A DNA stretch of 64,000 bases, from assembly GCA_012295275.1 (NCBI GenBank), contig CM022665.1, forward strand, positions 48,112,001 through 48,176,000, written 5' to 3'. Below, piece after piece: positions 28,699 through 41,159 of the stretch. Within the stretch, counting starts at the first letter, position 1. The number at the start of each line of letters is the position of its first letter. The notes below the pieces were generated by a model, which saw nothing but the letters and a program-made list of their open reading frames with translations, had not been told where the DNA came from and searched no databases. The translations under genes and the position numbers were made by a program. This stretch comes from Chrysomallon squamiferum. Lineage: Eukaryota > Animalia > Mollusca.

Positions 28699-31217
28699 AT
28701 ACAGACAGCACTGTTTTGCAATAATGTTTCAGAATTGCCCAAGGGCATCTGTCTCAGAGATATTCATATTGATTTTGTAATCATTTCCAAAATTACTTTT
28801 TTTTTTTTCCTTTTCATTATTATTACTATTATTTATTTATATAATTATTATTATTAATTTTTTTTTTTTCCATAAATGATTTCTTTGTTCTAATTAATGC
28901 AAATGTTGTTTTTAGGTTTAATATTTTAAATAACCCAGATTATTTATATCCTTTTATATAAATTTTAAAAGACATATTTACAGCAATATATTTAGATGGT
29001 AACATATACATTTAACTTACAGGTGCACATATATTCACTATACATCTTCTGTAAAACCTTCAATACACATTTTAACATTCATTTCACTGAACAACTGTAA
29101 TTATTTTTAATCAGCAGTTGTTTTGTTTGTTTTTTTAAATTTATACTCATTCATTGTCATTATATTTAAATAATCATCAAAAATGTTTTGAATATATTTT
29201 GTTAGTGATTATTAAAATGTAGATTAATTCAGAAGAAATGTCTAGTTCAGATAAAATCATTTCAGCAAATTGCAGAGTAACTCAGAAATAGGCTGTTGGA
29301 AAAAAAACATCACATTATTATAAAATTATTGTAAACTTCACTCAACAGAATTGATTAACCAGTTCAATTAGGTTAAACAATAACACAGTTATTAACTGTG
29401 AGAAATATGAGATAGTCATTTCTATTTTGTGAAAAACTCAAATTATCTGGTATGAAGAATGTGTGAAAACCTTTGTCTGAAGATATTTGATCTCTATTTT
29501 CACACATCTGCTTCCAGACTCTGTTCACGTGTGCAGAAAACAGTCCATTTTTCTTCCGGTTCACATTTCATAAACAGAATATTTTACTTTTACTGTCACT
29601 GTCAATTCTACATGCACGAAACACATATAGTGCAACAGCACTGCCTTCATTACATAAAAATAAATCTACAGAATGACTGTTTAAATTTAACTCAACAAGT
29701 TTTAATATCATGAGTCATACACTGCATAATAAAAAGAAAACGCTATTACACGTTCTGATTGCACCAAGCAGCAACAAGTTTTTATTTGTGTGTGTACGAT
29801 TCTGTTTCAAACGAGTGGCTTCACAGCCTTAGAAACTTTCACAGAGAACTGACTAGAAAGGAAACTAATGTTTTCATGTCACACATTTGGAATTTCTTGG
29901 TACTTCAGCAAATATTTGACTGATATATGTGGAGCAACATTTTTTTTTTTTTGTAAAAATGAGAATTATGTTTTTTCACAGATTTTCATCAAATTATTAA
30001 TCTATAACTTTATAAAAAATAAAAATTAAATATAAAGTTAATTTCTTTTTTATCTTGCAGTTCAACCAAAAATAGCAAATTAATAAGAATTTTTTTAAAA
30101 CACCAAATATATAAAAATTATATATATGTAAAAAAATTAATAAATAATATTATCAGGTAATTTTGTTTTATGCCCTATCAGCAGGTTTAGTCAATATTTT
30201 GCTATGACTTGTTGTTTTGCAACCAGTGAAAAAAAAAGATCACATGAAACTGTCTAAACTCACTTGTCAAATCAATCAGTTTCTCCTATTTGATGTCATC
30301 TCACCAGTTTATGATTCATTCACTAGTTTTTGTCAAAAAAGTTCATGAAAAAACTTTTAAAACACCAAAAATCACTGTTATAGGTCCTTCAGTGGAATGT
30401 AAAAAAGTGTTATGAGAAATTATTAAAAATAATAATGAAAAAATATTTCTTTTTAAAAAAATCTGCTACTTTGATTAAAACACAAGAATTATATTTCATT
30501 TTCAGCAAGTAAAAGGAAGCAGATGAACGTGGAAAGCCACATCATCAATGAGGAGGTAAAACTACATGAGATGCAGACATCTGAATTAAAAGCAGAACAA
30601 CAAAATATTTAATAAAACATCTGGTTTAGATACCTAAACTAAACGAATATAACAGAAATAATTTTAAATTTACTAAACTGGAAAAACTAAATATTTTGAT
30701 TTAATATATGGCAGGGGTGGAGAAAAAATATGGGTAACTGTTAAAACCACTGGAATAACTAATACTCACTTTACTCTCATTACATGATTATTATACAAAA
30801 ATTGTTTCAATATTTAGACTTGGTGTGGCGACTGCATATTTATCCTGTTTCTTTGTTTGTCTTTTTTAATCAGTGTCATCATGACCCTGAATAATCTTAT
30901 AAAATTAAATTTTACCTTTAAAAGTGACGTTACCAGGACGTTTTGGGACGTATTTCCTCTATGACTGTGTAAAATGCACGTGCCTATCATCAGACGGAAA
31001 AATTAAGAAACAACAATCGAGTCGATTCATTTCATATTACAACGAAATTTAACGACAGAACACACCAATATCGCCTATACTTTATCAGTAGTTGTGTATA
31101 TGTTACTTATGATATAAGATACCAATCATCTCCGACTGCTTCAACAGTTTTAAACAAAATCCAGGCTATTCATTACTCACCTGGAGGGCTTGAGCTAGAA
31201 CTGTCAAGGTCCGCCAT
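433..31217 (-). CDS. MAP7: Ensconsin / MAP7-domain microtubule-associated protein, 12 coding exons, about 762 aa up to position 433
   Basis: Exons in transcript order: 31217-31181, 20647-20288, 18923-18682, 16361-16076, 11831-11703, 10069-9839, 8029-7800, 5951-5874, 3761-3409, 2179-1999, 1190-1086, 486-433. All introns are GT-AG and all phases join in frame. Protein starts MADLDSSSSSPP, has an N-terminal E/R/K coiled coil (EREERVRITRERMEQERKRKFEELKEQQ...RRMAVEDRRRQQEEQER), an S/P/R-rich linker, and a C-terminal MAP7 domain (AKLAEHRRLAREKAER...EEERLERKKRLEMIMKRVK). Which MAP7 paralogue it corresponds to is not resolvable. Confidence 0.88.
1203..1995. repeat. Two adjacent minisatellites (34-bp and 50-bp units) filling most of a MAP7 intron
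   Basis: tgtttacattaataaaacacacatatataacttg next to the acceptor at 1191; taataaacaaaacaaggtgaaattgtataaaaactcaaagactgtttcac running up to the donor at 1998. Confidence 0.9.
2180..2380. repeat. 63-bp tandem repeat, about 3.3 copies, each containing the MAP7 exon acceptor
   Basis: ctgttacaacacaac at 2180, 2243, 2306 and 2365. Confidence 0.9.
2520..3415. repeat. About 77-bp tandem repeat, roughly 11 copies, each containing the MAP7 exon donor
   Basis: Unit gtatgtgtgagtactcacctctcctctctataaaacgtacttatctctacgtaactatgagtgccaataactcacta. Confidence 0.92.
6085..6650. repeat. 38-40-bp minisatellite
   Basis: gtgaactaaccagacagatgtgtgatttgtttactaatgt repeated about 14 times. Confidence 0.9.
11477..11665. 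repeat. 19-bp minisatellite near the MAP7 exon donor at 11702
   Basis: aaatgaggaattttaaacc repeated. Confidence 0.85.
13535..14600. repeat. About 60-bp minisatellite, degenerating at both ends
   Basis: acagttcatactaacccttatttaaactagcttaataccacttttacattagttagtttt repeated. Confidence 0.9.
16334..17200. repeat. Composite repeat carrying copies of the MAP7 exon-4 acceptor plus the first ~28 exon bases, spaced by (tttagtata)n
   Basis: atttctgtactattgtctccctgcgaagctgaaaacacacaac at the real exon (16334-16376) and again near 16491, 16595, 16734, 16863 and, degenerate, 17152. Confidence 0.9.
18260..18660. repeat. About 23-bp minisatellite beside the MAP7 exon-3 donor
   Basis: ctagtatttctagtatttattga, most homogeneous nearest the exon. 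Confidence 0.85.
18965..19362. repeat. Compound tandem repeat: (CA/TA)n, (CTA)n and gaactcttagttcttacagtattaaa
   Basis: About five copies of cttagttcttacagtatta separated by microsatellites, beside the exon-3 acceptor. Confidence 0.85.
21745..21962. repeat. 28-bp minisatellite
   Basis: atataactggtatgaaacacacaaacaa repeated. Confidence 0.85.
24050..25295. repeat. 61-bp satellite, about 19 copies, with internal inverted repeat
   Basis: ctgacaggagatttgatcctgtgtcctgtcagaagaatcactgacagaactaagaaatagc; CTGACAGGA...TCCTGTCAG are perfectly complementary. Confidence 0.95.
26783..27155. repeat. 118-bp tandem repeat, about 3 copies
   Basis: atctcagttctacatttcttaactatacataaacatac... repeated; the ORF track shows duplicated peptides. 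Confidence 0.85.
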
Positions 31218-31249
31218 TTTTGCATGACGTCACCTCCTTTAACGGAAGT
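31211..31249 (-). promoter_or_regulatory. Proximal promoter / 5' UTR motifs of the MAP7-like gene
   Basis: AAAATGGCGG (YY1-type, overlapping the ATG), CRE palindrome TGACGTCA at 31225-31232, ETS core CGGAAGT at 31243-31249. Confidence 0.55.
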
Positions 31250-31681
31250 CGGGTGGAAATTAGTCATGCGGACCTATACTTTTTGTTTTACGGCTCATAA
31301 AAATTTTCAAGTATTAATTTATTATTTATTCTGAGACAAATTATTGTTTCATAATTAATAACAGGTCAACTAGAAATTTCATAGACTGCAATGACTGCAA
31401 ATATTTCGTTTTAAACAGGAACCGTTACTCCTGTTTGATTAACATTTTTCTTAACGAGTTATTTAACTTACTCCTTTTCAAAAATTAAACGCGAAAAATT
31501 AATTCGTTTTATTTATTCTTGTTATTATTTATTAGATATTGTTTAAAATAATTTCAGTAATTTATTTTTTATTAAGATTGTAATGAAATAATATAAAGGG
31601 CAGGAGGTGCACAGCTAAATCTCTCCCTCTCGTTCTCTTTCACACACACACACGATATGCAATTTGCAATAAACTGTCGGC

Positions 31682-31727
<46 letters not shown>

Positions 31728-32593
31728 TTTTACTGTCTTTCTGTAACGAATTTTCAATGTAAAATTATATATATATTTAATTCATTTATTTATACCAGTT
31801 TTTTTTTTTTTACATCTTATGGTAATGGATCTATTACGTGCAATTTCACACACTGACAGCGAAGCATGTTCCACACAGATTTTCACAAACCAGCACTGGA
31901 ACGGGAGACAGGTTAATGAGAGCACCTTGAAATACTGATGCTATGCTTTATAATTATTTAAGTCAAATAACTGACTCAGTTTACCAATCTGAGTAAATCG
32001 TGATTCATAGCTGGTGATAGATGATTTGTTGACATTACTAAAATGGTATGTGGACAGTGAATTCTTTACATTCATTGAATGTGTGCAGAAATCACAGAAT
32101 GACTAAAACTGACCTGTTATGAAATGTTGTAACCGTCACGTGATTTCCTGTTGTGTATTTATTTAGTATAGTTACGTAAATTAAAATAATGATTACCACC
32201 TATGAAAATAAACACAGCACTTATAATGTGTTTTTTTTTGTTTGTTTGTTTTTCTTATTTTTGTTTATTTATCTAAGTAACTTAAAATAATAATTACTTC
32301 CATTGTGAACAAAGACGGAATATTTGTAATTTTTATTTTAACCAAAGGTTACGATATAATGCATTTAAAATATATTTTTTCATTTTAGTTTTAAAATTAC
32401 TGTGCCAGAATAAAATTAAATAAATAAGTAAATAACTAACTAAATAAATAAATAAAATTCTTATTCTTGCTTCTTCATATATTGTAATTTTGATTAAACT
32501 TGTATAATGAAATATATGGATCTGTTCAAAATTCCTGTTTATACGTTTGAAATTCGTTATATTTTATACATCTCTTTAAATAATTTCAAGTTT

Positions 32594-32627
<34 letters not shown>

Positions 32628-33179
32628 CAATGTTGTTTGTTATTGTAGTCGTTGTTATTATTGTTGTTGTTGTTATGATGATTTGTGTTGTTTGTGTCCT
32701 CGTTGTCGTTGTTGTATTTACACAGCTGAAGAGGATGAAACAGTCTATAACAAATGTAACACAGAATAGTTTCAGCTGTTAAAAATCGTGCTGATTCGAT
32801 AACAGCTGTACTTTTATCAGATTTCTCGCAACCTGTTTAATGTGTGTGCGTGTGCGTGCGTGAGTGCGTGCGTGTGTTTATACACCTGATATCCGTGTTT
32901 ACGGGACGAAGAGGGGGGGAAATCAATAAAATAAGAATTACTTTCATGAGTATATTCAAATATCACAATAAATGTTACCTACTTGTTTACCTGTTTACTT
33001 ATTTATATTGTTACAGTCAACCAGTCTGATTCTAGTCATCATTCCATTTTATTTGTTAATTTTTTTTTTTTTTTTTTAAATTATTTTTGATCTATTACTT
33101 TATTATTATTATCGTCATCATCATTATTATTATTATTAACGTTTTTTGTTGTTGTTTTTCTGGGTTTTTAAATATTTAT

Positions 33180-33660
33180 TAAGTAATAGAAATGCTAGTA
33201 ACATTAGCATTATAAATAGTAGCTGTAGTAACAGTTGTAATACTAGTAGTGATAGTAATAGTAGTACCAGCATTAGTTATAGCAGAAGTAGTGGTAATAG
33301 TAGTCGTGGTGGTAGTGGTAGTAGTAGTAGTAGCAGTAGTAGTAGTAGTAGTAGTAGTAATAGTAGTAGAAGTAGTAGTAAAAGTAGTAGTAGCTGCAGT
33401 TAATAATGGTAGCAGTTGTAGTAATGGTAATGGTGGTTTATGTAGTAGTTTGAGGTTGTTGTAGCAGCAGTAGCAGTGGTGGTAGTATTCGTAGATAGTG
33501 GTAGCAGTAGTATTATTATTAGTGGTGGTGGTAGTTTCAGGTAGTTGCAGCAGCAGTAGTAGTAGTAGTAGCAGAAGAGTAGCAGTAATAGAAATAGTAG
33601 AAGTGGTAGAAGTAGTTGTAGTACTAGCAATAGTTGTAGCTGTAGTAGTAGTAGTAAAAG
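33180..33660. repeat. Degenerate (AGT/GGT/AGC)n low-complexity tract
   Basis: Trinucleotide-periodic sequence giving poly-S/V/T/L ORFs. Confidence 0.85.
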
Positions 33661-33785
33661 CTATATACACCAAACAACCTATTTAAATTAAATGTGTTTC
33701 TAGTTCACATTTACTGATACCTGTGACATGTCATTCTGGTATCTAGTAACAACTAAGTGACATTTAAAACATTCGTGGGAATTAA

Positions 33786-33916
33786 GTCACGTGACAGTGT
33801 GAGGTGTGACAGGTGTCACTTCATTTCCACACAGCTGATTGAGAATGTCCGTACAAACGTTTGTCTTTCTCATTTCATTGTGCCTTCTTCATCAAGTCCT
33901 GTCTATGAAGGTACGT
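33786..33916 (+). promoter_or_regulatory. Candidate promoter and first exon for gene A
   Basis: Perfect E-box palindrome GTCACGTGAC at 33786-33795 and strong donor AAG|gtacgt at 33910/33911, followed by a degenerate repeat that starts at that donor. Confidence 0.3.
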
Positions 33917-34808
33917 GTATCTTGCAGGTTTCAGTTTTAACAGTTGACAGCTCATGAAGTCCTTTCAATAGTGTGTGTGTGTGTGTGTGTAAGGTTTCCG
34001 TTATAAATAGTATACTGTTTACGAAGTCCTGACTATACAGGTGTGTATTTATGAAGTTCCAGTTATAAATAGTATACTATTCTATATATTCTTTCTGTGT
34101 ACCTGTATATATGTGTGAGGTTTCAGTTATAAATAGTAAATTGTTCATTAAGTCCTTTCTAAGAAGGTGTGTGTATCTCTGAGATTTCAATTGTAACAGT
34201 ACATTGTTCATAGAGTCCTTTCTATGCAGGTTTGTGCATATATGAAGTTTCCATTATAAACAGTAAATTGTTTCAGCAAATCCCTTTTCGATCTGTGACG
34301 TTTCAGTTATAAAAAGTAGTTTGTTCACTAAATCCTGGCTTTGAAAGTATCAGTGAGATTACAGGATTAAAAGAGCCGTTTTGACCTTTTTGAGTCGACC
34401 CTTTTACAAGTTTTCCCGGTAGAAATTTTAGATCCATTCCCTAATCATCAAAAATTATTGTGTAAAATCAGATTTACGAAAATAGTAAAATTTTATATCA
34501 CATTTTTTAAACCAGCTCTTGTTAAATGTGATGTTGTTGTTTTATTAAATATTGGTTATGGAAAAGGATTTCTTCGTATTCTACCTTTTTTTCCATAAAG
34601 AAAAAATACTAATGTTCAGAGATTTTATTTTTTATTTTTTATTTTTTATTTTTTCCTTAATTGTAAAAGATGTCAAAGATGTCTGAACATGTTTCCTTTC
34701 AATTGCTTTTCACTCTAAAGGAAAATCAAAAAAAAAAAAAATATTAATAAATTATTAAATAAAACGAAGTGTATAGTAATAATAATAATAATAATAATCA
34801 TAATAATA

Positions 34809-34840
<32 letters not shown>

Positions 34841-34940
34841 AATGAATGAAATAAATATATAATTTAAGTTGTATTTATGAAAACAAAGTCTGTTTAAATT
34901 TGAATTATGTTTTTCAGTGTTAATGATTTTAAAGTAATGT

Positions 34941-35239
34941 ATGCTACATACTGTAGAGACACTTTACATCTGTACTCTGCTACTGACCCATAACGGTATC
35001 TAAAGCTAATATAAATGTTTTTGTGATAAAAAAGAAAGAAACAACAAGATGTATGTTTTGGTTGTGTGGGATGTGCATATGCGTTGTTCAGACGCTGGGA
35101 ATTATAATAATAAAGAAAAAAAAATATATATATATAATATAAAAACAAATAACTAAAACTTAAAATAGATATTTTAACAAAAAACTGAAAATTTAAAATT
35201 CTTATTTTAAACAAACCACTGCCTTCTTCATAACAGTCT

Positions 35240-35273
<34 letters not shown>

Positions 35274-37049
35274 CCCTTTTCCTTTTCCTCAAAAAAAGCC
35301 ATGTCCAACAAACTGTATAATTATATTACTATTGAATATTTATTATCAACGATAAAATACTCAGCCTGATGTAATGTAATGTAAAAGTAAAAGTCAACGG
35401 ATGATCATTACAAGATGAACACCACTAAACACTTTGAGTTACAGGAAGCATCATCATTTATCAAAGTGATCTGAACACGAAGAATCGAGAAATATGACAA
35501 GTGTGATCTCCAGTAATAAGAATCTCTCGCAGCAATCTGTCTTCTGCCTTGAAACAAATCTGATAGAAAGGGAACTGTGCGGAAAGATATTTGTTAGAAG
35601 TAACCGATTTCATTTCTGTCGAGTTTAACGAACAACGAATTTAACCCAGCAGCAAGATGGCAAAAAACAAATAAAAAAAAAATAAAAAAAAAAAAAAGAA
35701 AAAGAAAAAAAAAAAAGCAAGAAAGAAAAAAGAAAGAAAAGAAATTACATAAAAAGAACAAACAAGACAACATTGGCTTTATAGTAATAACTACGCTTGT
35801 TATATTTTTTTAAATTTAAAAAGAGATAAAATTAATGTTTAATCGATATACAGTCCGTTTTAGTACACAAAGGTTTCTCATCGCATGAACATCTAGGAAG
35901 TGAAAAAAAAATTTTTTTTTTTATTTGGTTTCTATTTATTCCTAATTCGGTCAATGGTATTGATTTTCTTATTTCCTTTTTTACTGTTTTTATTCCATTT
36001 TGTTTTTGTTTTTGTTTGATCTGACATTAAACTAATGTTTATTAAAAATTAATATTTTTTCCCTGTCTCGTGCAAAACTTTAGAATAGTTCGTGCTTTTT
36101 GACTAAAAGTATTTAAAAGTGCATAAAAACATGTGACCTTTGATCTGTGACCTACCTGTATTTATCTGAACAGATTAATAAACACAATATGTGTATTTCA
36201 CACAAAATATATATCACAGTTCTGCTTATAATACACTTTGACGTTTTATAGTTGTATCTGTGACTGGGTTTAAAACGACGGATAGAGTTTGTCTAAAACA
36301 AATACAAATAACGAAAGTGAGATTGATCTTTCTACAGATATTTGAATCTCCTTAATAAATAAACAAACAGACAAATAATTAAATAGTTAAATAAATAAAT
36401 AAACAAACAAACAAATAAACAAACAAACAAATAAATAATAAATAAATAAATAAATAAAACTGAACGAAAAGTACAACTGGTTTTAAATATTGAAAAACTT
36501 AAAATATATTAATTTTGTAAATAAAGACATTTCAGATGAGTAATTTCAAGATTTTTGTTTTTACACACACACTTACACAGAAAGACTGCATAGACAAACA
36601 CATCCGCACTTTAACAAAAAAATAATTTTCTAAAATTTAGAATCAAAAATATAAATTGCTTACATTAACACTCGGATAAATATTAAAAAATATTTTATCT
36701 TTTGTACGGTCAATCACACATAACCAAACTGCGATCGTTTCAGATACCTCGGGATGACCCGCCAGGCTGCTCAGATCCGAGAATCTTCGCCCATTTCCGT
36801 GAATGTCCGTTGGGGTATTGTTGTGTACGCGACGAGTTTTTCCCTACCTACATCTACTGTAAACGAATAGGTAACCTTGGAGACAACTGTGCCACGAGAG
36901 ACACCGAGTCAGACTGTCCGTGTGCCACTGGTCTGTACTGCAAGCCCAACATAGAGAGTCCAGATTTCCACTCTTTGTATGGGACGTGCACGAACGCGAC
37001 GTCAACTCGCCAGCCTCACACGGCAACTGTCGCCGTCGTGGGTCGTTGA
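34941..37049 (+). CDS. Small cysteine-rich protein, colipase/prokineticin (astakine-like) fold, probably secreted (gene A)
   Basis: Firm last exon 36744-37049 after tttcag: IPRDDPPGCSDPRIFAHFRECPLGYCCVRDEFFPTYIYCKRIGNLGDNCATRDTESDCPCATGLYCKPNIESPDFHSLYGTCTN..., 10 Cys spaced C-C-CC-C-C-CxC-C-C; AATAAA at 37093-37098. Tentative upstream exons 34941-34995 and 36252-36316 join in phase to give MLHTVETLYICTLLLTHNVVSVTG/FKTTDRVCLKQIQITK, a signal-peptide-like start; these two exons are only about 0.4 confidence. Confidence 0.72.
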
Positions 37050-37241
37050 CTGTTTCAGCTAGCAACAACTGTAAGACATCGTATATGACAATAATAAATC
37101 GCTATTGTTGTTTAGTTTTTGTTTTATTCTTAATAACTGGTCACAACAGTTTTAGAGTCATTTTAAATTTTAAAATGTCGAATTGAAGATTATGATTTGT
37201 ATATGTAATAAAATGGAAAATACAAATAATAATAAAAGTAA

Positions 37242-37311
<70 letters not shown>

Positions 37312-38714
37312 ACGATGATGATAATGATAAAATAATAAAACAACAACAAAAACAAAGCAAAATAACACCGCTCCGTATTATTGTTTTTTAATTTATCCTA
37401 TAATTAGTTTTCACCTATAATTAAGACATTAACTTTGTGATATTCATGTTTTTCTAAAGTATTGTAGTGTAAAAATATAACAAAGAGAAACTTTAAAAAA
37501 AATGTCTTTATTACCGATGAAAATGGTTCATTATTTGTTGGCGTCACAAAATTATAATAAAACAACCAGAAACGGTGAACACAAACAAAATACGTCATCG
37601 ACTCTATGACGTAATCATAGACAATCGTCATACGTTCATATTTTCAACTCAGTGGAATACGGCTTTTATCTGTTTCTACCAAGCACACATTTAACGTGAT
37701 TACTGTCTAAGGCATCAGCGTTATACTGCGAAGGTAAGAATGACAATTTGCAGCGAGGCTTTGCCTCTTTTATCCTTATTTACCCACTTGTGACAGTGCA
37801 GATACATACGTATTGGTTTCGTTGTCGCCAACATAGTGTAAAACTCAAAACAAAATAGTGTTATTATTATTTTTTTTTTTTTTTTAAAAAACAACAATGT
37901 TCATTTTGTTATTTTTTAAAAGAAAATTGTCTTTTAATCTTTAAAACTGCAAGTAAACATCCAAAGATGTAACTATGAACAATATAATATACCCTTCATT
38001 CGCCATGTCTCACGTCACATCTTCAGTGACGTCGTGTTAGTGTTCCTTATTAATATCGGTGCTCTTGAACTGTGACATTATCTTACATATTTATTGAATA
38101 CTAGATGTAGTCCTCGATTCAGTCTTATATCATCGACACATGCTCACAGAAGAATGTGTGCTGTTTTTCTCTGTTAACGTCATCTCCGATATTTATTTAT
38201 AACTGTGACGTCAGACGAGGATATGTTACATTTTCAACAGTAAGGATTTAAAAAGCACCAACTCTTTCTGAAATCTTTCTTTCTTGTTCTTCTTCTTCTT
38301 TCTTTTTTTTCTTTTATTTTATTATATTTTATTTATTTATTTATTTATTATTATTATTTTTCCAATTAGCCATGCACAGAAACAACTCTATATGTTTTTT
38401 TTTTTTAAACTTAACTTTTTAAAATTTTTACCAAGACATTTTAATTACATATATGTCAGTGTGTGACACAGAATAACTAAATTTACAAACCAAATATAAA
38501 AACTCGCTTCAGATCTATTGTCTTTGGTTGTCCAAAACTTCATCTCTACAGTATCTCTATCCACTCAGACACACAGACCTACAGACATGGCAGTACGGTA
38601 TCAGTTTGCATACTGAAAGTTAATAAATAACTTTCTGTTTACATCTCATCTCCATCACATCTTTGTCACCATAACAACAGACAGCTGACGTACAAAACAA
38701 AACAGAAGTAAAGT

Positions 38715-39022
38715 TTATATTTTTGACGTAAGAGGTACGCAGACGCCATAATTTTCTTTTTGTCTTGTTTTACACACGAGTCCGGATAAACAGTCACACA
38801 TGTAACCCTCCGTGTTCTGCAGACAAAACTGACCAATCAGACGTCTCGGCTGACAGACTGTTGTACCGAGAGCCTTTTTACTAACGTCCTGGTACGTAAT
38901 CACCTGCAAGTAATAAATAAATACTTAAAGTGTTTTAATTTTCATAATTATTAGATAGAGAAATTATGTTTAAAACATGATATAGTTAATAATTACCAAA
39001 TTTTATTTAATTAATATACGGT

Positions 39023-39073
<51 letters not shown>

Positions 39074-39178
39074 TTATTTTTAATTTTTGTTGTGTTGGTG
39101 TTTCTGTACATATTACCGGGAACACATCACTCAACAGGATGACTAATATTCGACTTATATGCACGTTGTATATTTACA

Positions 39179-39227
<49 letters not shown>

Positions 39228-39461
39228 ACGTACGTATGTACATCTGTCTATCTGGATGTATGTACTGTCTACTCGTGTAAGTGTGTATGTGTGTGATTAT
39301 TCCACTGTACACACTTGTTTCACACAACAGAAAGACGACGGACATGTTGAGTTGGAGTTGAGAAGATCGCAATTTTGTAACTCCTCTGTCGAATTCTTTA
39401 CGCGTGTCGTGCCGACAGCAGCTACTGCGACAACAAACAACGACAGCAACACTCGTACCAT
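38715..39461 (-). CDS. Small secreted cysteine-rich protein, colipase/prokineticin fold, 111 aa (gene B)
   Basis: Exons 39461-39315 and 38903-38715 (phase 0, GT-AG): MVRVLLSLFVVAVAAVGTTRVKNSTEELQNCDLLNSNSTCPSSFCCVKQ|VITYQDVSKKALGTTVCQPRRLIGQFCLQNTEGYMCDCLSGLVCKTRQKENYGVCVPLTSKI*. Hydrophobic signal peptide and the same 10-Cys pattern as gene A. The ATG directly follows a tttcag acceptor, implying a further upstream exon. Confidence 0.82.
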
Positions 39462-40758
39462 CTGAAATCATAATAGTAAAATAATGTGATGAAACGTCCA
39501 CAACAAACTCGTTTAAACATTTGTCATTAATCCCAAATTAACATACAAATACAGATACACACAACTGCATATACATATACATATACATATAAATATACAT
39601 ATACGTATACGTATACATATACATATAAATATACATATACATATACAGACATATAGATTAATATATTAAGACTCGTACATGTACAAAGACAAGAAAAAAA
39701 CATATAAGTATATTAACACAAAATATACACACACTTAAAAATTAAACATTGAATGGTATGTGTTTCCCGATACTCTTTCTATGAGATATTCTTTGTATAT
39801 TCGCTGTATATACTCTGTATACTTACTGTTACTTTGCATGAAATACACTATGTATACTATTACTCTGTATGAAATATACTCTGTATTCTTACTGTTAGTT
39901 TGTTACAAATATACTCTGTTTACTTATTATTCCTAAGTATGAACTACACTGTGTACTTATTGTTGGTTTGTATGACATATTCTGTATACTTATTGTTGGT
40001 TTGTATGACATATTCTGTATACTTACTGTCAGTATGAAATATACTCTGTGTATTTACTGCTATGACAGTTAGTCTCTCTGTATTTAATTGCTCTTCTTGC
40101 TGACAAGGACATTTATTGAACGGTGTTTCTAATTAATTATTAAACGACGGAAGCAGAGCCGACTGTGAGGTTGCCAGGAAACGACATCAGTATACTTTGC
40201 TTATTTGTCCTGACGTCTTCGCGGTTTTTCCCAGTCAGTGAGGAAGATGAAATGTGTATTAAATCTGACCCTGACAACAAGCGTCTCTGACTGAAATTAC
40301 TCCTTACATTTGTGACGCGTATCTATAACTGTAAACGACCATACTGCATTTTGACATTAACAAGCAATAATATACATGTTACGTCTTTCGAAAATTTAAC
40401 AGTATTAGTTTACTAGCAATAAATTATGTGACAACTTGGATTTGTTATGTTCAGCGGAGTTTGTAAAACTAATTTATTTGTAGTTAATACAAATATTTTA
40501 AATCAATAACAACTCATTGTATTTATCCCTAGTTAATACTGTGTGTGCGTGTTTGTGTGTGTGTGAGTGTATGTTGGTCAAAAACAACGTAATAAAGTTA
40601 TTTGCGACTGTAAATATTTAACATCGATTCTTGAGAAACACAGTTACTGTGTTGTCTTGCGGTATGTTTATGTTTAACGTAGATTAGTGAGAGATTATCG
40701 ATCCAGTAGTCGTAACTGAAATTACCAGCGGAAGTACGGTTAGGTTGTGTACGTTGTA

Positions 40759-41159
40759 CATCATTGTACGCACTGACGTGTCGCTAATGGGCTGTCTTTT
40801 TACACATCTTTAGAAAAATACATTCTTGTTGTTCCTGTAGAATTCCGGTTTCCGACACGGGGCCCGTGTAGCGGAAAGCAAAAATGTATTGATTTACGTT
40901 CAGTCCATCCGCGAACGTTAGTCGGTTTTAGGAGATTTAGAAAACCTATAACTGATTGCGGCAGACGTGCAATTGATGACGATGTCGTGACGGCACGCGC
41001 TGTAACATTAACACGACGATGGTTCTGGTCTCAGACGTGACAGTTAATTAATCAAAGTGTGGTGTCTGAGGCGGCCGTCGCCATTTTTCAATCTCGTCCA
41101 ACAAATTGCAGACCTGTGGCTCCAGCGAGACAGACTCGACATCGTCTGTTGTAAACAGA
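40759..41159 (+). ncRNA. Putative highly structured non-coding RNA or structured non-coding first exon, family not identified
   Basis: Nested complementary segments, several with G-U pairs valid only on the + strand: 40759-69/40967-78, 40772-94/40901-22, 40817-24/40883-90, 40849-60/40864-77, 40923-32/40945-54, 40978-87/41137-46, 41017-36/41064-80. ETS motif at 40729-40735, donor-like AGA|GTGAAT at 41159/41160, no ORF in the track. Confidence 0.5.

Noticed and set aside
33146-33686. Ser/Thr/Val-rich ORFs resembling mucin
   Set aside because: Low-complexity trinucleotide tract open in several frames, with no splice or domain support.
41051-41088. Minus-strand AAAATGGCG start in good context (MATAASDTTL*)
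   Set aside because: Stops after 10 codons with no donor; may only be a YY1-type motif.
40737-41159. Telomerase RNA identity for the structured segment
   Set aside because: Two-domain layout is suggestive, but there is no CUAACCCU template or clear H/ACA boxes on the + strand. AACCTAACC (TTAGG-type) is on the opposite strand from the G-U-supported fold.
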